Shown piece after piece: positions 12,201 through 23,148 of a stretch of 64,000 bases of DNA. Position 1 is the stretch's first letter. The number at the start of each line of letters is the position of its first letter. Source of the stretch: Spirochaetota bacterium. Lineage in GTDB: Bacteria; Spirochaetota; UBA6919; CBDBPB01. The translations under genes and the position numbers were made by a program. The notes beneath the pieces are model-generated. The model was not told the DNA's origin. It saw only the letters and a program-made list of their open reading frames with translations, and made no database searches. The stretch is from contig CBDBPB010000009.1 in the NCBI GenBank assembly GCA_965208615.1, positions 1 through 64,000 on the forward strand, written 5' to 3'.

Positions 12201-12542
12201 CTCAACACCGTATTTATCAAGAATACCACTCTTGGAAAGGTTAACCACATTATTAAGAGCAGTCTGACCACCCATAGTAGGTAAAATAGCATCAGGACGC
12301 TCTTTTATAATTATCTTTTCTATAATATCAGGAGTTATAGGCTCAATATATGTTGCATCAGCCATACTCGGATCAGTCATTATGGTTGCAGGGTTAGAGT
12401 TAATAAGTATAACCCTATAACCCTCTTCCCTTAACGCCTTGCACGCCTGAGAACCAGAATAATCAAACTCACACGCCTGACCAATAACTATTGGACCAGC
12501 TCCAATCAATAATATGGATTTTATGTCTTTACGCTTTGGCAT
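9300..12542 (-). CDS. carB: Carbamoyl-phosphate synthase large subunit
   Basis: [30 protein letters not shown] start, duplicated ATP-grasp domains, C-terminal MGS domain. Confidence 0.98.
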   Translation of the reverse strand: MPKRKDIKSILLIGAGPIVIGQACEFDYSGSQACKALREEGYRVILINSNPATIMTDPSMADATYIEPITPDIIEKIIIKERPDAILPTMGGQTALNNVVNLSKSGILDKYGVEMIGVNLLSIEKAENRDLFKEAMTKIGLDMPRSEGANDLQSALLVAEDIHYPLVIRPSFTLGGSGGSIAYNRDEFERLAKNGLDLSPINEILIEESVLGWKEFELEVMRDCKDNVVIICSIENFDPMGIHTGDSITVAPQQTLSDKEYQRLRDYSIRVIREIGVDTGGSNIQFAVNPVDGRVIIIEMNPRVSRSSALASKATGFPIAKIAAKLAVGYTLDELTNDITKKTKASFEPSLDYCVVKIPRWAFEKFPKASTTLSVQMKSVGEVMAIGRTFKEAFQKAIRSLEIGKDGFENELFDSFNKIHDSRVEELIEGLISKLRLPDPKRIFYLKDALDLGVDIDELNNLTNIDLWFLNQLKEINDFEKKLRIALSDYDKELLHKAKQFGFSDRQIAILSNNSDNAVRELRKSFDILPTYKLVDTCAGEFKSYTPYYYSTYEEEDEGFISNKKKVMIIGSGPNRIGQGVEFDYMCCQASFALIENSYETIMVNSNPETVSTDYDTSDRLYFEPLTTEDVFNIYEREQPIGVIVQLGGQTSLNLAKSLEVLGLNILGTSTKSIDLAEDRNNFKELLARLSFLQPENDIAYNMDEVLLCARRIGFPVVVRPSYVLGGRAMEIVYNEESLNKYLDNINSFGIAFPILIDKFLRDAIEIDVDAISDGSEAVICGIMEHIEEAGIHSGDSACVLPPITLDNDIIKELERQTILMAKALGVKGLINIQFAVKDKRVYFIEANPRGSRTIPFVSKASGVEWAKIASVVMLGTMLKDININTHSLGHVSVKEAILPFGKFPKEDAILGPEMKSTGEVMGVDKDFGKAFAKSQMSSSSSLPTKGTVFISVNRSSKDRIIEPMKALAALGFKILATKGTRDNLLSHGINAELVYKLNEGRPNLVDHLINKTVSLIINNPNTDKSVSDGKYIRQAAIRHNVPLITTVQGLNAAVNGIISLVKGDLGVYSLQELYEYPNN

Positions 12543-12633
12543 AATAAATAATCCCAATAAGAAATGTATATGAAAATATATCCCCTTAAACTAAATACCA
12601 CAAAAACTAAATAACAATATAATAACTAAAAAG

Positions 12634-13889
12634 CTAACTAATCTGAGTAGCTAAAGCTAATTTACCCTCTAATGCCAAGCGAATTAAGTTTAGCCCATAA
12701 AATACAGACTTATGCCGTATATCATCCCTATTACCACCAAATATACGCCTTTTAGTAATAATAACATCATCATGATCAATAATAGCAAACCAAACAGTCC
12801 CAACAGGCTTATCACTAGTACCACCACTAGGCCCAGCTATACCAGTAATAGCTAAACATATATCAGAACCCATAATAGACTTTCCACCCTTAACCATAGC
12901 CCTAACCACCTCATCACTAACCGCACCATAACTCTCAATAAGCTTAGAATCCACCCCCACTAATTTAGCCTTAAGTTCATTAGAGTAACTAACAATAGCA
13001 CCTAAAAAATACTCTCAGAACTACCAGGCCTATCAGTTAAATACTTGGATAAATATCCCCCAGTGCACGACTCAACAGTGGATAATGTCATAGACCTTTT
13101 AATAAGTAAATTGCTTACTGTATTTAACATGCTATCATCGTCATAAGCATAAATATAACTATCCAAATGCTCATTCAGGCTAACAATTAGATTATCCCTC
13201 CAGTTTGGGTCTTTGTTAAGTGGATAAAACTTTAAAAATACTCCCTCCGGCTTTGTTATAATCTCCCACCTAATAGGGTTAATGAGAGCAACCTTATCAC
13301 GAATGATTTTATCAACAGCATACTCACCCTTGCCAATAAGCTTAACTACAAGTTTATCAGGCTTAACTAACTTAAGATGCTTATTCAGAATAGGCATAAC
13401 CCCATCACAAACCATAGCCCTCATCTCAGAGGGAACACCAGGTAATACAAATATATGACAATCACTATAACTCAAATAAAACCCAGATACTATACCCACA
13501 GCATTAGGTAATAACTTTGCCCCCTTAGGGAATAATGACTGCTTATCATCCTCAGAATATAGATTAGCACCATGATGTAAATACTTCTGCCTTATAATAG
13601 ATAGCTCATGCAAATCTTGTATAAGCTCTAAACCCAATCCCTCTGATATACCATATTTAGTAACGTCATCCTCGGTAGGACCTAAACCACCAGTAATAAA
13701 TAAATAATTACTATAATTAATAGCCCTTATAACCTCATCCCTAATGTAAATAACGTCATCAGGAATTAGCGAAACCCGCATAACCCTTAATCCAAATAAA
13801 CTTAGCTTATCCTCCAAAAAAGGGGAATTACTATCAACTACCTCACCGTTTATAAGCTCATTACCAATAGCAATAATAGAACAACTCAT
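12634..13889 (-). CDS. cinA: CinA (MoCF-like domain plus PncC NMN deamidase), split by a 2-nt insertion near 13013
   Basis: IGNELING, TGGLGPTEDD, LPGVPSEM, ESCTGG, YGAVS and ITGIAGP motifs. Removing an extra AG restores SSEYFLGAIVSYSN. Confidence 0.92.
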
Positions 13890-14371
13890 AAACCACCCAT
13901 ATATCTAAGATGCCAGGGCTCCCAAATATAGCCTTTTAGCTTATAGTTATCCTCTGTGTAGGATATATAAAACCCATATATATTAGCCTTTTTAACTATC
14001 CATTTATAGGCCTTAGTTTCTGAAAAAGACTGAACTAAATCATAATCCACCTCATCGCAGGATAGATCAACAGCAGTACCAAGATGATGCTCAGAATATC
14101 CGGGCTTAGCAGTATCAGCCTGTTCAACTCCACATTCTAAAGTAGCCCTTTTATACAGCTTCTCTTGATAAGATATGCTCCTATAGGCAGATACACACCT
14201 AATAATAATATTATCATAATAAGCAAAATTAAGCATTTTAACAAAAGCACTGAGTGCCTCCCTTCTAAGACGCATATCCCTATTTTCATAACCCTTAACC
14301 CTATACTCAATAGGGAGATCCTCTAAGTCATTAGGCTCATAATTAAATGGAATACTATGCCACTTATCCAC
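13886..14371 (-). CDS. M15B D-alanyl-D-alanine carboxypeptidase (VanY-like)
   Basis: SAYRS..YQ, PGYSEHHLGTAVD and WEPWHLRY motifs. Confidence 0.9.
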   Translation of the reverse strand: MDKWHSIPFNYEPNDLEDLPIEYRVKGYENRDMRLRREALSAFVKMLNFAYYDNIIIRCVSAYRSISYQEKLYKRATLECGVEQADTAKPGYSEHHLGTAVDLSCDEVDYDLVQSFSETKAYKWIVKKANIYGFYISYTEDNYKLKGYIWEPWHLRYMGGL

Positions 14372-14436
14372 TCCCTCTAAGCCAATAATTAGATTTCCAG
14401 TACTATCTAACTTATTAATATCTTTGCTTTTATGCT

Positions 14437-15759
14437 CTAAGATATAAGTTCCCCCAAAAAAGTATTGCCCTTAATAGACCTTAATAAAACCTTTTTATAC
14501 TGCCCAATATGCTTACTAGCCAAAGGAACAACAACAGGCTTATTACCATTAGTTTTCCCAATAAGCTCAGCACTATTATTCTTACTAATGCCCTCAAAAA
14601 GAACCTCTTCAACAGTGTTAAGTTGGTTATGGTTAATCTCTTTTGAAATAGCATGTTGACAGTCAATAATTATTGATAAACGACGCCTTTTCTCATCCTC
14701 ACCAACTATATCAGAATAATTAGCAGACTCAGTACCGGTTCTAACAGAATACTTAAACATAAATGCCTGATCATACCTAATATCCTTAATAGCCCTTAGA
14801 GTCATCTCAAAATCACCATCCGCCTCATAAGGAAAACCAACTAAAATATCAGTTGATATAACTATATTAGCTATCCTCTTACGCAATGCAGAAATAATAC
14901 CTAAATAATGCTCATAAGTATAATCCCTTTTCATCCACCTTAAAACGTAGTCTGATGCACTCTGTAAAGGCAAATGTACATAATTACAAACCTTATTACT
15001 CTTAGCTATAACATCAACTAAGTCTAATGTAAAATCCTTAGGATGAGACGTTAAAAAACGAATACGCCTTAATCCATTAATTTCATTTAAGTTAGCGAGT
15101 AACTCAGCAAAAGTAATATCTAAGTTATCCTGTCCGTAAGAATTGACATTCTGACCCAATAAAAGTATCTCTGTTACACCACTATCAACTAAACTCTTAA
15201 CGTTTTGCATAATATCAGAACTACTACGACTAACCTCACTACCCCTTGTATAGGGTACAATACAATATGTACAAAACTTATTACATCCATGAATAATAGT
15301 AATATCAGCCTTAAAATAATACTTTGTAGAAGGCACAGCCTGACTAAAACTATAACCATCAAAACTACTATAAACTCCATTAGCTCTAGAGGCAGAATGA
15401 CCCTTTAATATACTGGTTAGCCTATGCTTTTGGTGAGTACCAATAACTAAATCAACATAAGGTGCTTTTTTAAATATATTTTCTTTCTCCTTTTGAGCAA
15501 CACAACCCATAAGTACAAGAGTAAAATCTTTCTTAGCCTTCAACATACTATAATGCCTTAACCTGCCCAAAATACGCTCTTCTGCACTAACCCTAACCGC
15601 ACAGCTGTTTAGTATAACTACATCAGCTAAGCCATATTCAGCCTGAACATAACCCTCTAATAATAAACTATTCTCTATTTCAGCTGTATCAGCAACGTTC
15701 ATTTGACAACCAAAATTCTCTATTCTAAAACTCTCACTCTCCTTAGCTAAACTGAGCAT
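14437..15759 (-). CDS. miaB: tRNA i6A37 methylthiotransferase
   Basis: GCQMN, NSCAVR, radical-SAM CNKFCTYC, LLGQNVNSYG and C-terminal TRAM domain. Confidence 0.95.
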   Translation of the reverse strand: MLSLAKESESFRIENFGCQMNVADTAEIENSLLLEGYVQAEYGLADVVILNSCAVRVSAEERILGRLRHYSMLKAKKDFTLVLMGCVAQKEKENIFKKAPYVDLVIGTHQKHRLTSILKGHSASRANGVYSSFDGYSFSQAVPSTKYYFKADITIIHGCNKFCTYCIVPYTRGSEVSRSSSDIMQNVKSLVDSGVTEILLLGQNVNSYGQDNLDITFAELLANLNEINGLRRIRFLTSHPKDFTLDLVDVIAKSNKVCNYVHLPLQSASDYVLRWMKRDYTYEHYLGIISALRKRIANIVISTDILVGFPYEADGDFEMTLRAIKDIRYDQAFMFKYSVRTGTESANYSDIVGEDEKRRRLSIIIDCQHAISKEINHNQLNTVEEVLFEGISKNNSAELIGKTNGNKPVVVPLASKHIGQYKKVLLRSIKGNTFLGELIS

Positions 15760-15768
15760 ATAATATTC

Positions 15769-15990
15769 CTAGTCGTCATCAAAATCGTCATCATCGTCAA
15801 AATCGTCATCATCGTCAAAATCGTCATCATCATCAAAATCGTCATCATCATCAAAATCGTCATCATCATCAAAATCGTCATCATCATCAAAATCGTCATC
15901 ACCATAAAAACTAGCGTTATAGCCATTGTAATAAAAATCAGTTATACCGCCACCTATTACAACATTCTCATCTAAATAAAGTTTATCCAT
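15769..15990 (-). CDS. 73-aa acidic peptide with (DDDDDF)n tail
   Basis: AGGAG RBS 7 nt before the ATG; fills the queA-miaB gap; its stop codon overlaps the putative miaB RBS. Confidence 0.75.
   Translation of the reverse strand: MDKLYLDENVVIGGGITDFYYNGYNASFYGDDDFDDDDDFDDDDDFDDDDDFDDDDDFDDDDDFDDDDDFDDD
15772..15900 (-). repeat. 18-bp tandem repeat, about 7 copies (GAY GAT GAT GAC GAT TTT)
   Basis: Read directly; units differ only at a synonymous GAT/GAC position. Confidence 0.95.
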
Positions 15991-16011
15991 AATAAACTCC
16001 TATAATTTAAT

Positions 16012-17041
16012 CTATATAATTAACATGGAATCCCCATAACTGAAAAACCTAAACTCCCTTTTAATTGCATAATCATAGGCCTTATTAATAAGTGCCTTGC
16101 CAGCAAAAGCCGAAATTAATAACAAAGGCGTTGACTTAGGTATATGTAAATTGCTTATAATAGCATTTACCACTCTAAAGTTATACCCCGGATAAATATA
16201 TAAATTAGTTTTACCCTCGCCAGCAATAACTTTACCATCCTTAAATGAGTGCTCTATTGTTCTGGTAACAGTAGTACCAACTGCTATTACCCTATTCCCG
16301 CTCTCTATCGCCCTGTTTATCTTATTTGCCTCACTCTCTTTAATAATATATCTCTCTTCGTCAAGGGAATGACTCTCTACCTTATCAGTATTTATTGGCC
16401 TAAAAGTACCTAGAGATACGTGTAAAGTAATATTTGCTATTATAAGACCTTTTTTTTTTATATCCCCCAACAATGACGGCGTAAAATGTAAACCAGCAGT
16501 AGGCGATGCTACCGACCCACTAACTTTAGCATAAACGGTTTGATAAGTTTCTCTATCCTTGTCAACAAATCCCCTTAACTTCATAATATAAGGGGGTAAT
16601 GGCACCTCTCCAATACTATCCAATAGCTCATATGTTATTTTTCTATTAAAACACACATAAACAATACCATTACTAGATTTTTTAATAATCTTACCTTCTA
16701 TACCCAAACTAAAAGAAAATAAATCATTCTCCTTACAATATTTATATTTGTTAATAAGAGCCTTCCAACCACTATTAGCAAAATCTTCCAAAAGTAAAAA
16801 CTCATGCTTTTTTTTAGTTCTATTAGAAATACCGTATAACCTAGCAGAATATACCCTAGTATCATTTAATACCAAACAATCCCCAGGATTTAAATAATCA
16901 AGCAGATTATGAAATATACTCTCTTTATAACTATTATCAGCCCTATCAACAAGCAAAAGCCTCGATTTATCACGGGTCTCTTTTGGGAACCTTGCAAATA
17001 AGACTATTCGGAAGATAAAAATCGTAATCACTAACCTTCAT
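16012..17041 (-). CDS. queA: S-adenosylmethionine:tRNA ribosyltransferase-isomerase (1-nt insertion near the 5' end)
   Basis: True start MKVSDYDFYLP at 17041; PLPPYI, YQTVYA, PTAGLHF and FRFFSYGD motifs. Confidence 0.95.
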
Positions 17042-17141
17042 AGAATCCGTATATTTAAAACAATTATTAATAAGTCTAAACCCTTTTATAAGCAATTGTT
17101 AAAATATTATGCCTAATAAGTATTAGACCCTAAAAAATCAA

Positions 17142-17221
17142 AACAAAAAGTCCCCATCTTTGCTAAGACCAAAATAATTATAACAAAAAGTCCCCGTCTT
17201 TGCTAAGACCAAAATAATTAT
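17142..17221. repeat. 40-bp tandem duplication of the ruvB 3' end (1 mismatch)
   Basis: aacaaaaagtcccc[a/g]tctttgctaagaccaaaataattat present twice. Confidence 0.9.
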
Positions 17222-18191
17222 AACAAAGTGGAGTAGTAATACGTCCTCTTGGAGTTCTGGCAATAAAACCCTTTTGTATTAAAAAAGGCTCATAAACATC
17301 CTCAATTGTATCAGCGGTCTCACCAAGAGATACAGCTAAAGTATCAAGTCCAACAGGTCCACCACTATAATTCTCCATAATAGTCATAAGTAGCCTTCTA
17401 TCCATAGTATCTAAACCATTATCATCAATATCCAGCTTAGAAAGAGCATCTTTGGCTATATATAACGTAATTTTCCCATTACCTTCCACCTGAGCAAAAT
17501 CTCTTATACGCCTCATAATTCTGTTTAAAACCCTCGGAGTTCCTCTAGAACGCCTTGCAATCTCTTTAACACTATCATCATCAATATCAATATTCATCAT
17601 AGATGCTGTTCTATATGCAATATCCCTTAAAAGAGTCTCATCATACAAATCAAGACGATTAACTATACCAAACCTAGCATAAAATGGAGGTGTAAGTAAT
17701 CCCGCCTTAGTAGTAGCACCAATCAGCGTAAACCTTGGTAAGTCTATCTTTACAATTTTAGCACCAGCTCCCTGACCAATAACAATATCTATTTTAAAGT
17801 CCTCCATAGCACTATAAAGAATCTCCTCTATAGCACTTTTAACCCTATGAATCTCATCAATAAAAAAAACGTCAAACTCTTTTAAGTTAGTCAAGTGTGC
17901 GGCAATATCCCCAGTTTTCTCCAAAACAGGAGCCTGAACAGCCTTTAAATTCACTCCCATCTCATTTGCAATAATATGTGCCAAAGTAGTTTTACCAAGA
18001 CCTGGAGGCCCATGTAGTAAAATATGATCCAAAGACTCCTTTCTATTTCTGGCCGCCTTAATAAATACCCTAAGATTATCCTTTAACTTTTTCTGACCAA
18101 CAAAATCAGTTAAGTCTTTAGGCCTAAAGGTATAATCAACCTCTTCCACATTTATATTTTCTGTTGAAAGTAATCGTTTTTCCTTAGCCAT
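17178..18191 (-). CDS. ruvB: Holliday junction branch migration helicase RuvB
   Basis: GPPGLGKTTLA, FIDEIHR, RSRGTPR and RTPRGR motifs. Confidence 0.97.
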   Translation of the reverse strand: MAKEKRLLSTENINVEEVDYTFRPKDLTDFVGQKKLKDNLRVFIKAARNRKESLDHILLHGPPGLGKTTLAHIIANEMGVNLKAVQAPVLEKTGDIAAHLTNLKEFDVFFIDEIHRVKSAIEEILYSAMEDFKIDIVIGQGAGAKIVKIDLPRFTLIGATTKAGLLTPPFYARFGIVNRLDLYDETLLRDIAYRTASMMNIDIDDDSVKEIARRSRGTPRVLNRIMRRIRDFAQVEGNGKITLYIAKDALSKLDIDDNGLDTMDRRLLMTIMENYSGGPVGLDTLAVSLGETADTIEDVYEPFLIQKGFIARTPRGRITTPLCYNYFGLSKDGDFLL

Positions 18192-18218
18192 ATAATAACC
18201 AAAACCATGCCTAATAAA

Positions 18219-18813
18219 CTAGGACAATTTAGCTAATAACTTTAATGATTCCTTAATAATATCCTCAGTAGTCCGTCCCTTAGTCTCTTTTAAAGCTAAA
18301 CTAACAGCCTCAATAGACTCCCTCTCACCATATCCCAATGCTATAAGTGCCTCAACAGCAGTTCTGTTTATAGAACTAGCCCCACTACCCTTAGAAATAG
18401 TAAAATGTGAATAGTTCTTCTTAAACTTATTCTCTAACTCTAAAATAAGCTTTTCAGCTCCCTTTTTTCCAAGCCCACTAACCCTGGTAAAAACTAAGAG
18501 AATCCTTATTCAATACAGCATTAATAACCTCTTCACAGGTTAAATCTGATAATATCCTCATGGCAAGCTTTGCACCAATACCAGATACAGTGATTAAATG
18601 TCTAAACACCTCTCTAACCATAGGTGTATAAAAACCATATAACTCTACTAAATCCTCTTTATGGATATAATGAGTATAGAGCTTAACGTACTCTCCAACT
18701 ACTAAAGAACTATCAACAAGCCCTATATTTATTCTGTATCCAATACCAGCAGCCTCAATTACAACATAGCTATCTGCCCTATCCCGTAAAACTCCATATA
18801 CAAAATCAATCAC
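18219..18813 (-). CDS. ruvA: Holliday junction branch migration protein RuvA (frameshift near 18490)
   Basis: VSGIGAKLA; a second frame continues GLGKKGAEKLILEL...AVEALIALGY to TAG at 18219. Confidence 0.92.
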
Positions 18814-18842
18814 ATTATACCCATATTTTAATATATTAATAT

Positions 18843-19342
18843 TTATGTTCGGTGAGTATTATTAGCCCAAGGAGAGTAAGCAAAATTACCATGGCATACT
18901 GCTATAGCAAGGGCATCAGATGCATCATCAGGTTTAGGCTTTTCAGATAATCCAAGAATATAGCAAACTAACCTATTAACCTGATCTTTATTAGCCCTAC
19001 CATAACCAGCAATACCCTGCTTTACCTGAAGAGGTGTATATTCAAATATCTTCTTATCCTATGGTAACAAGCTAATAACAGTCCACCCCTTGCCTGACTA
19101 ACTTTTATTGCTGTTTTTGTGTTCTTAGAAAAAAATAACTCCTCTATAGCTATTTCCTCAGGATTATACTCCTCTATAAGCTTAATAGTCTCTCTGTATA
19201 TTATATCCAAACGCCTAATAAGCGTAATAGTATTAGAAGTCTTAATAACCCCCGTATCCAAAAAGCTATAAGCCTTATCTATAACCTCAATAAACCCATA
19301 ACCAGTAGTCTCTAAGCCAGGGTCAATACCCATAATTACCAT
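18843..19342 (-). CDS. ruvC: Crossover junction endodeoxyribonuclease RuvC (frameshift near 19050)
   Basis: MGIDPG, AIEELFF and QARG motifs; a second frame reads EYTPLQVKQ...[14 protein letters not shown]. Confidence 0.93.
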
Positions 19343-19364
19343 TTATTCTCATCATAAAATAATA

Positions 19365-20087
19365 TTAATCAAAATCAAGATTACTATATAAATCTTGAAC
19401 ATCATCATGATCCTCAAGAATCTCCATAAGGCTTAATACCCTATTAACCTTAGAACTATCAACCTTTACGGTATTCTTTGGTATACGACCAAGCTCAGAA
19501 CTCTTAATATCTATACCCTTGTCAGTAAGGGCAGTCTTTATAAGATCAAAATCATTAACTTTAGTGTAAACTATAATTAAATCATCCTCAATAACAATGT
19601 CTAATGCACCCTCATTCAAAGCTATCTCCATAACTTCATCCTCATTATATTTAGACAACTCTATACTAATAATCCCTCTCTTCTCAAACATCCATGCAAC
19701 ACTACCGCTTTCACTAAGATTACCACCATTTTTAGATAAAAGCTTCCTAATCTCTGCTAAAGTACGATTACTATTATCAGTAAGGACATCCATTATAAAA
19801 GCCACACCCTCTGGACCATAACCCTCATAAACATACTCTTTATAGTCAACGCCTTCGAGTTCACCAGTTCCTTTTTTAATTGCCCTGTCAATGTTATCAG
19901 CAGGCATATTAGCTCCTTTAGCCTTTTGCACCGCCAATCTAAGACGTGGATTAGCATTAATATCACCTCCACCCGACCTTGCAGCAATAGTAATCTCTTT
20001 AATTAGCTTGGTAAATATTTTACCCCGCTTAACATCCGCTGATGCCTTTTTATGCTTTATAGAATGCCACTTTGAATGTCCTGACAT
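19365..20087 (-). CDS. yebC: YebC/PmpR family protein
   Basis: MSGHSKWHSIKHKK, YEGYGP and DDVQ motifs; upstream of ruvC. Confidence 0.96.
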   Translation of the reverse strand: MSGHSKWHSIKHKKASADVKRGKIFTKLIKEITIAARSGGGDINANPRLRLAVQKAKGANMPADNIDRAIKKGTGELEGVDYKEYVYEGYGPEGVAFIMDVLTDNSNRTLAEIRKLLSKNGGNLSESGSVAWMFEKRGIISIELSKYNEDEVMEIALNEGALDIVIEDDLIIVYTKVNDFDLIKTALTDKGIDIKSSELGRIPKNTVKVDSSKVNRVLSLMEILEDHDDVQDLYSNLDFD

Positions 20088-20122
20088 AAGCTTCCTAACT
20101 CTATATTTTAATTAATTTTAAA

Positions 20123-20755
20123 TTAATTATTATTTATAAACCTAATGTTTTCTATTTTGTCACCCTTCTCAATGCTAGTAACAATATCTTGCCCTTTAAC
20201 AACATATCCAAAAATACTATAACGCCTGTCTAGCTGACTAACCGACTCAAGTGTAATGTAAAACTGACTGGATGCACTATTAGGATCATTACTCCTTGCC
20301 ATTGCCACCGCTCCTTTTTTATGGGTTAAAACCGGCTCACAACTATCAGGGGCAATTTTACCCAATATCATCTTACCATCTTTACACAAAATCTCTAAAT
20401 TGATTTTCTTATTTGAGCCACCCATACCAGTTCCAGTTGGATCACCGCCCTGAATAACAAAATCCTTGACTACCCTATGAAAAGTAAGTCCATCGTAAAA
20501 CTTAAGCTTAGCTAAAGAAATAAAGTTCTTAGTAGTAATAGGCGCCTCTTTTATTGCTAACTCTATAGTAATATTACCTTTGTTAGTCTTAATAATAACT
20601 TTGCTATTACTATTAAGTTGCCCCTCTTTGGCTATACTATCATTCTCTTTAGTAGTAGTACTCTTAGGCTTTTCCCCTTTGTCAGAACAGCTAATAACAA
20701 AAAATATAGTAATCAGTATTATAATAAATAATTTAAAGATAATAAATGTTTTCAT
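20123..20755 (-). CDS. Cyclophilin-type peptidyl-prolyl isomerase, lipoprotein
   Basis: Lipobox VISC; FHRVVKDFVIQGGDP, AMARS and SQFYI motifs. Confidence 0.92.
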   Translation of the reverse strand: MKTFIIFKLFIIILITIFFVISCSDKGEKPKSTTTKENDSIAKEGQLNSNSKVIIKTNKGNITIELAIKEAPITTKNFISLAKLKFYDGLTFHRVVKDFVIQGGDPTGTGMGGSNKKINLEILCKDGKMILGKIAPDSCEPVLTHKKGAVAMARSNDPNSASSQFYITLESVSQLDRRYSIFGYVVKGQDIVTSIEKGDKIENIRFINNN

Positions 20756-20872
20756 ATCTTTCTCCCGAAAAATAATAAGGACATAAATGCCATTAAAATA
20801 ATATAATAAAGTTTATCAATGATAATAAAAAAAAGAAGCTATATTTATCAATCTGCTTTATAGACCTTTATA

Positions 20873-23119
20873 TTAATTACTCTGTTCACCAAACTTTAAA
20901 ACATCCATAGGACAAGCCGTAACACATATACCACATCCAATACAGGAACTATTTGAATTATCTAAAACTTCCTGCTTTAACCCATAACTCATAACGTCAA
21001 TACCCACCTGACAATTTCTAGAACATTCATAACATCCAATACACTTACTGTTAGAGGTAATCCTAAACTTGCTTAAGCCTAACTTTACAGACAGCTTAGA
21101 CATAATATGCATAAGCTTTGCAAGAGGACACCAATAACGACACCAAACCTTACCTCCAAGAAATGGATATAAAGTAAGGGGTATTATCCCTACCAGCCAG
21201 AGATCAACAAGTAGCTTATAAACAGAAACAGATAAATCTGCAGGTTGATAAAATATATAAAATAAATCCTTTAATAAAATCAAAATGGTAGTTATAGTAG
21301 CAAAAATTAAAATACTAAGCCCCATCCCCCCCTCTAACTTAATAGAAAAACGGCCTTTAGGTGCTAAATGCCTCCATCTATCACCAAGAGTCTCAGCTAA
21401 ACCACCGCATCCACATATCCAAGAGCAATATCGCTTTCCGTTCCATATAATAAAAATAGGTACCACCACAAAAGTAAGTAATATACCCCATATAATCCAT
21501 ATCTGATGAGGATTATAAAAAAAAGTATAGAAAAATAATGGCCAAGCATATATTATACCATAAGCCCGCCATCCTTGTTCAGTAAAGTTAGGATCATTAG
21601 CTAACTTTTCTCCAATCCATCTATACTCAATAGCCCACTGAAATAAAAACTCTGGGATTATAAAAAAGAAAATCCACTGAAAACCAAGCAAAGATATATA
21701 TCGCCATACCTGATAACGATCCTGACGATCAAGACCCCACCTCTTAATAGCCTTAAAACCAAACATAGTCATAATAACAGAATATAAAACAGTATACCAA
21801 AAAGCCCAAGGCCTCTCAAAAACAGATAAAAGATTATATGCCCAACCATTAAAAGGCCAAAGCTCCAAACCATTACCTAATTTTATTCCATAAATACTAT
21901 AGCAAATAATAAAAGCTATCCCAAGCCAACTATAACGATTACCCCTTAAACCAAAACCTATTAACAAACCAAAAGAAACTAATGCTAACCCACTACCATA
22001 CCAAGATATAGACTCAGATATATTAATACCAAAACCCCTAAACTGATCACCAAAAACCCCAACACCAACAAAAAATAATAAGACTAAAGATAATGACAAA
22101 AGTATACTACCGTTCCACTCATTCTCCATCTTTACCTTTATAGACTTTAAAAAGCTCTTAGGCAATTCAGCACCAACTAATACAAAAGCATGACTATAAG
22201 GAATATTACGAGTTTCTTTATTAACCCTTAAAATAGCCTCTCCCTCACCAAACTCAGTAACCTCAGAGCTAAGTATAGGCTCAATCTTACCCTCCTTAAC
22301 CTTCTCTTTTAAAAGAGCCTCATTATTCTTAAAAATACGAGCAAAACTACCCTTTCGATATGATAAATATACCTTATTCTTTTCGCATAAAGCAATAGCC
22401 GCCTCTATAGCACTATTACCCCCACCTACAACTATAATATTCTCATCATGATAACTTTTAGGACTATAAAGCTGATGATAAATATTATCCCTATCCTCAC
22501 CTTCTATGCCTAAACGCCTTGGATTACCTCTTTGTCCAGTAGCTAATAATACCCTTTTAGCCTTATAGCTATTCTTCGACGAAGAAATAATAAATATACC
22601 ATCTTTTTTTTCTAACCCCTCTAATGGCTCATTAGACCGAACGTCTATTCGATTATCCTCTATTATTTGATTCCACCTTTTAATCAAATCCTCTTTAGTA
22701 GCACCGTCTAACCACAACTTGCCCAAAGGAGGATCATCATTTGGCTCAGCATAAACCCACTTTCCCTCAGGAAAGTTCTCTATTGTATTGGCAATTTTAC
22801 CTTTTTCTAAGACAACACAGCTTAAACCCTTCTCTTTCGCAACTAAGGCACCATTTAAACCAGCCGCACCAGCTCCCACAACTAAAAGATCATATATATC
22901 AGGATCATTACCCTTAGCATCAGGTAAAGAACTTATATGATCCACTACCTTATATCCCTGTTCCATAGCCAACTTTATTACTGGAGCCCCTGCTAAATCA
23001 CCTACAATATATAAACCAGGTATGTTGCTCTCATTCTTATCGTTAAACTGCGGTCTTTGCCTCTCTGCCGTACCAGAAGACAATATTTCTACAATCCAAT
23101 TCTTAAACCATTTAAACAT
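20873..23119 (-). CDS. FAD/NAD(P)-dependent oxidoreductase fused to a multi-pass membrane 4Fe-4S (NapH-like) domain
   Basis: GAGAAG, ATG and GGGNSA motifs; many TM helices; CSWIC, CRYWCP and two CxxCxxCxxxC motifs. Confidence 0.8.
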   Translation of the reverse strand: MFKWFKNWIVEILSSGTAERQRPQFNDKNESNIPGLYIVGDLAGAPVIKLAMEQGYKVVDHISSLPDAKGNDPDIYDLLVVGAGAAGLNGALVAKEKGLSCVVLEKGKIANTIENFPEGKWVYAEPNDDPPLGKLWLDGATKEDLIKRWNQIIEDNRIDVRSNEPLEGLEKKDGIFIISSSKNSYKAKRVLLATGQRGNPRRLGIEGEDRDNIYHQLYSPKSYHDENIIVVGGGNSAIEAAIALCEKNKVYLSYRKGSFARIFKNNEALLKEKVKEGKIEPILSSEVTEFGEGEAILRVNKETRNIPYSHAFVLVGAELPKSFLKSIKVKMENEWNGSILLSLSLVLLFFVGVGVFGDQFRGFGINISESISWYGSGLALVSFGLLIGFGLRGNRYSWLGIAFIICYSIYGIKLGNGLELWPFNGWAYNLLSVFERPWAFWYTVLYSVIMTMFGFKAIKRWGLDRQDRYQVWRYISLLGFQWIFFFIIPEFLFQWAIEYRWIGEKLANDPNFTEQGWRAYGIIYAWPLFFYTFFYNPHQIWIIWGILLTFVVVPIFIIWNGKRYCSWICGCGGLAETLGDRWRHLAPKGRFSIKLEGGMGLSILIFATITTILILLKDLFYIFYQPADLSVSVYKLLVDLWLVGIIPLTLYPFLGGKVWCRYWCPLAKLMHIMSKLSVKLGLSKFRITSNSKCIGCYECSRNCQVGIDVMSYGLKQEVLDNSNSSCIGCGICVTACPMDVLKFGEQSN

Positions 23120-23148
23120 ATAATTCCTTAAAACTTCTTAGCTTCTTA

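Noticed and set aside
13886-14371. VanY-like gene as vancomycin resistance
   Set aside because: No vanHAX or vanRS genes; it sits in a housekeeping gene run and is likely an ordinary peptidoglycan peptidase
15772-15900. Tandem repeat as a CRISPR array
   Set aside because: The 18-bp units are contiguous with no spacers, encode an in-frame peptide, and there are no cas genes
12634-19342. cinA, queA, ruvA and ruvC as true pseudogenes or programmed frameshifts
   Set aside because: Each has a single indel in otherwise conserved sequence with no accumulated stops; assembly error is the simpler explanation
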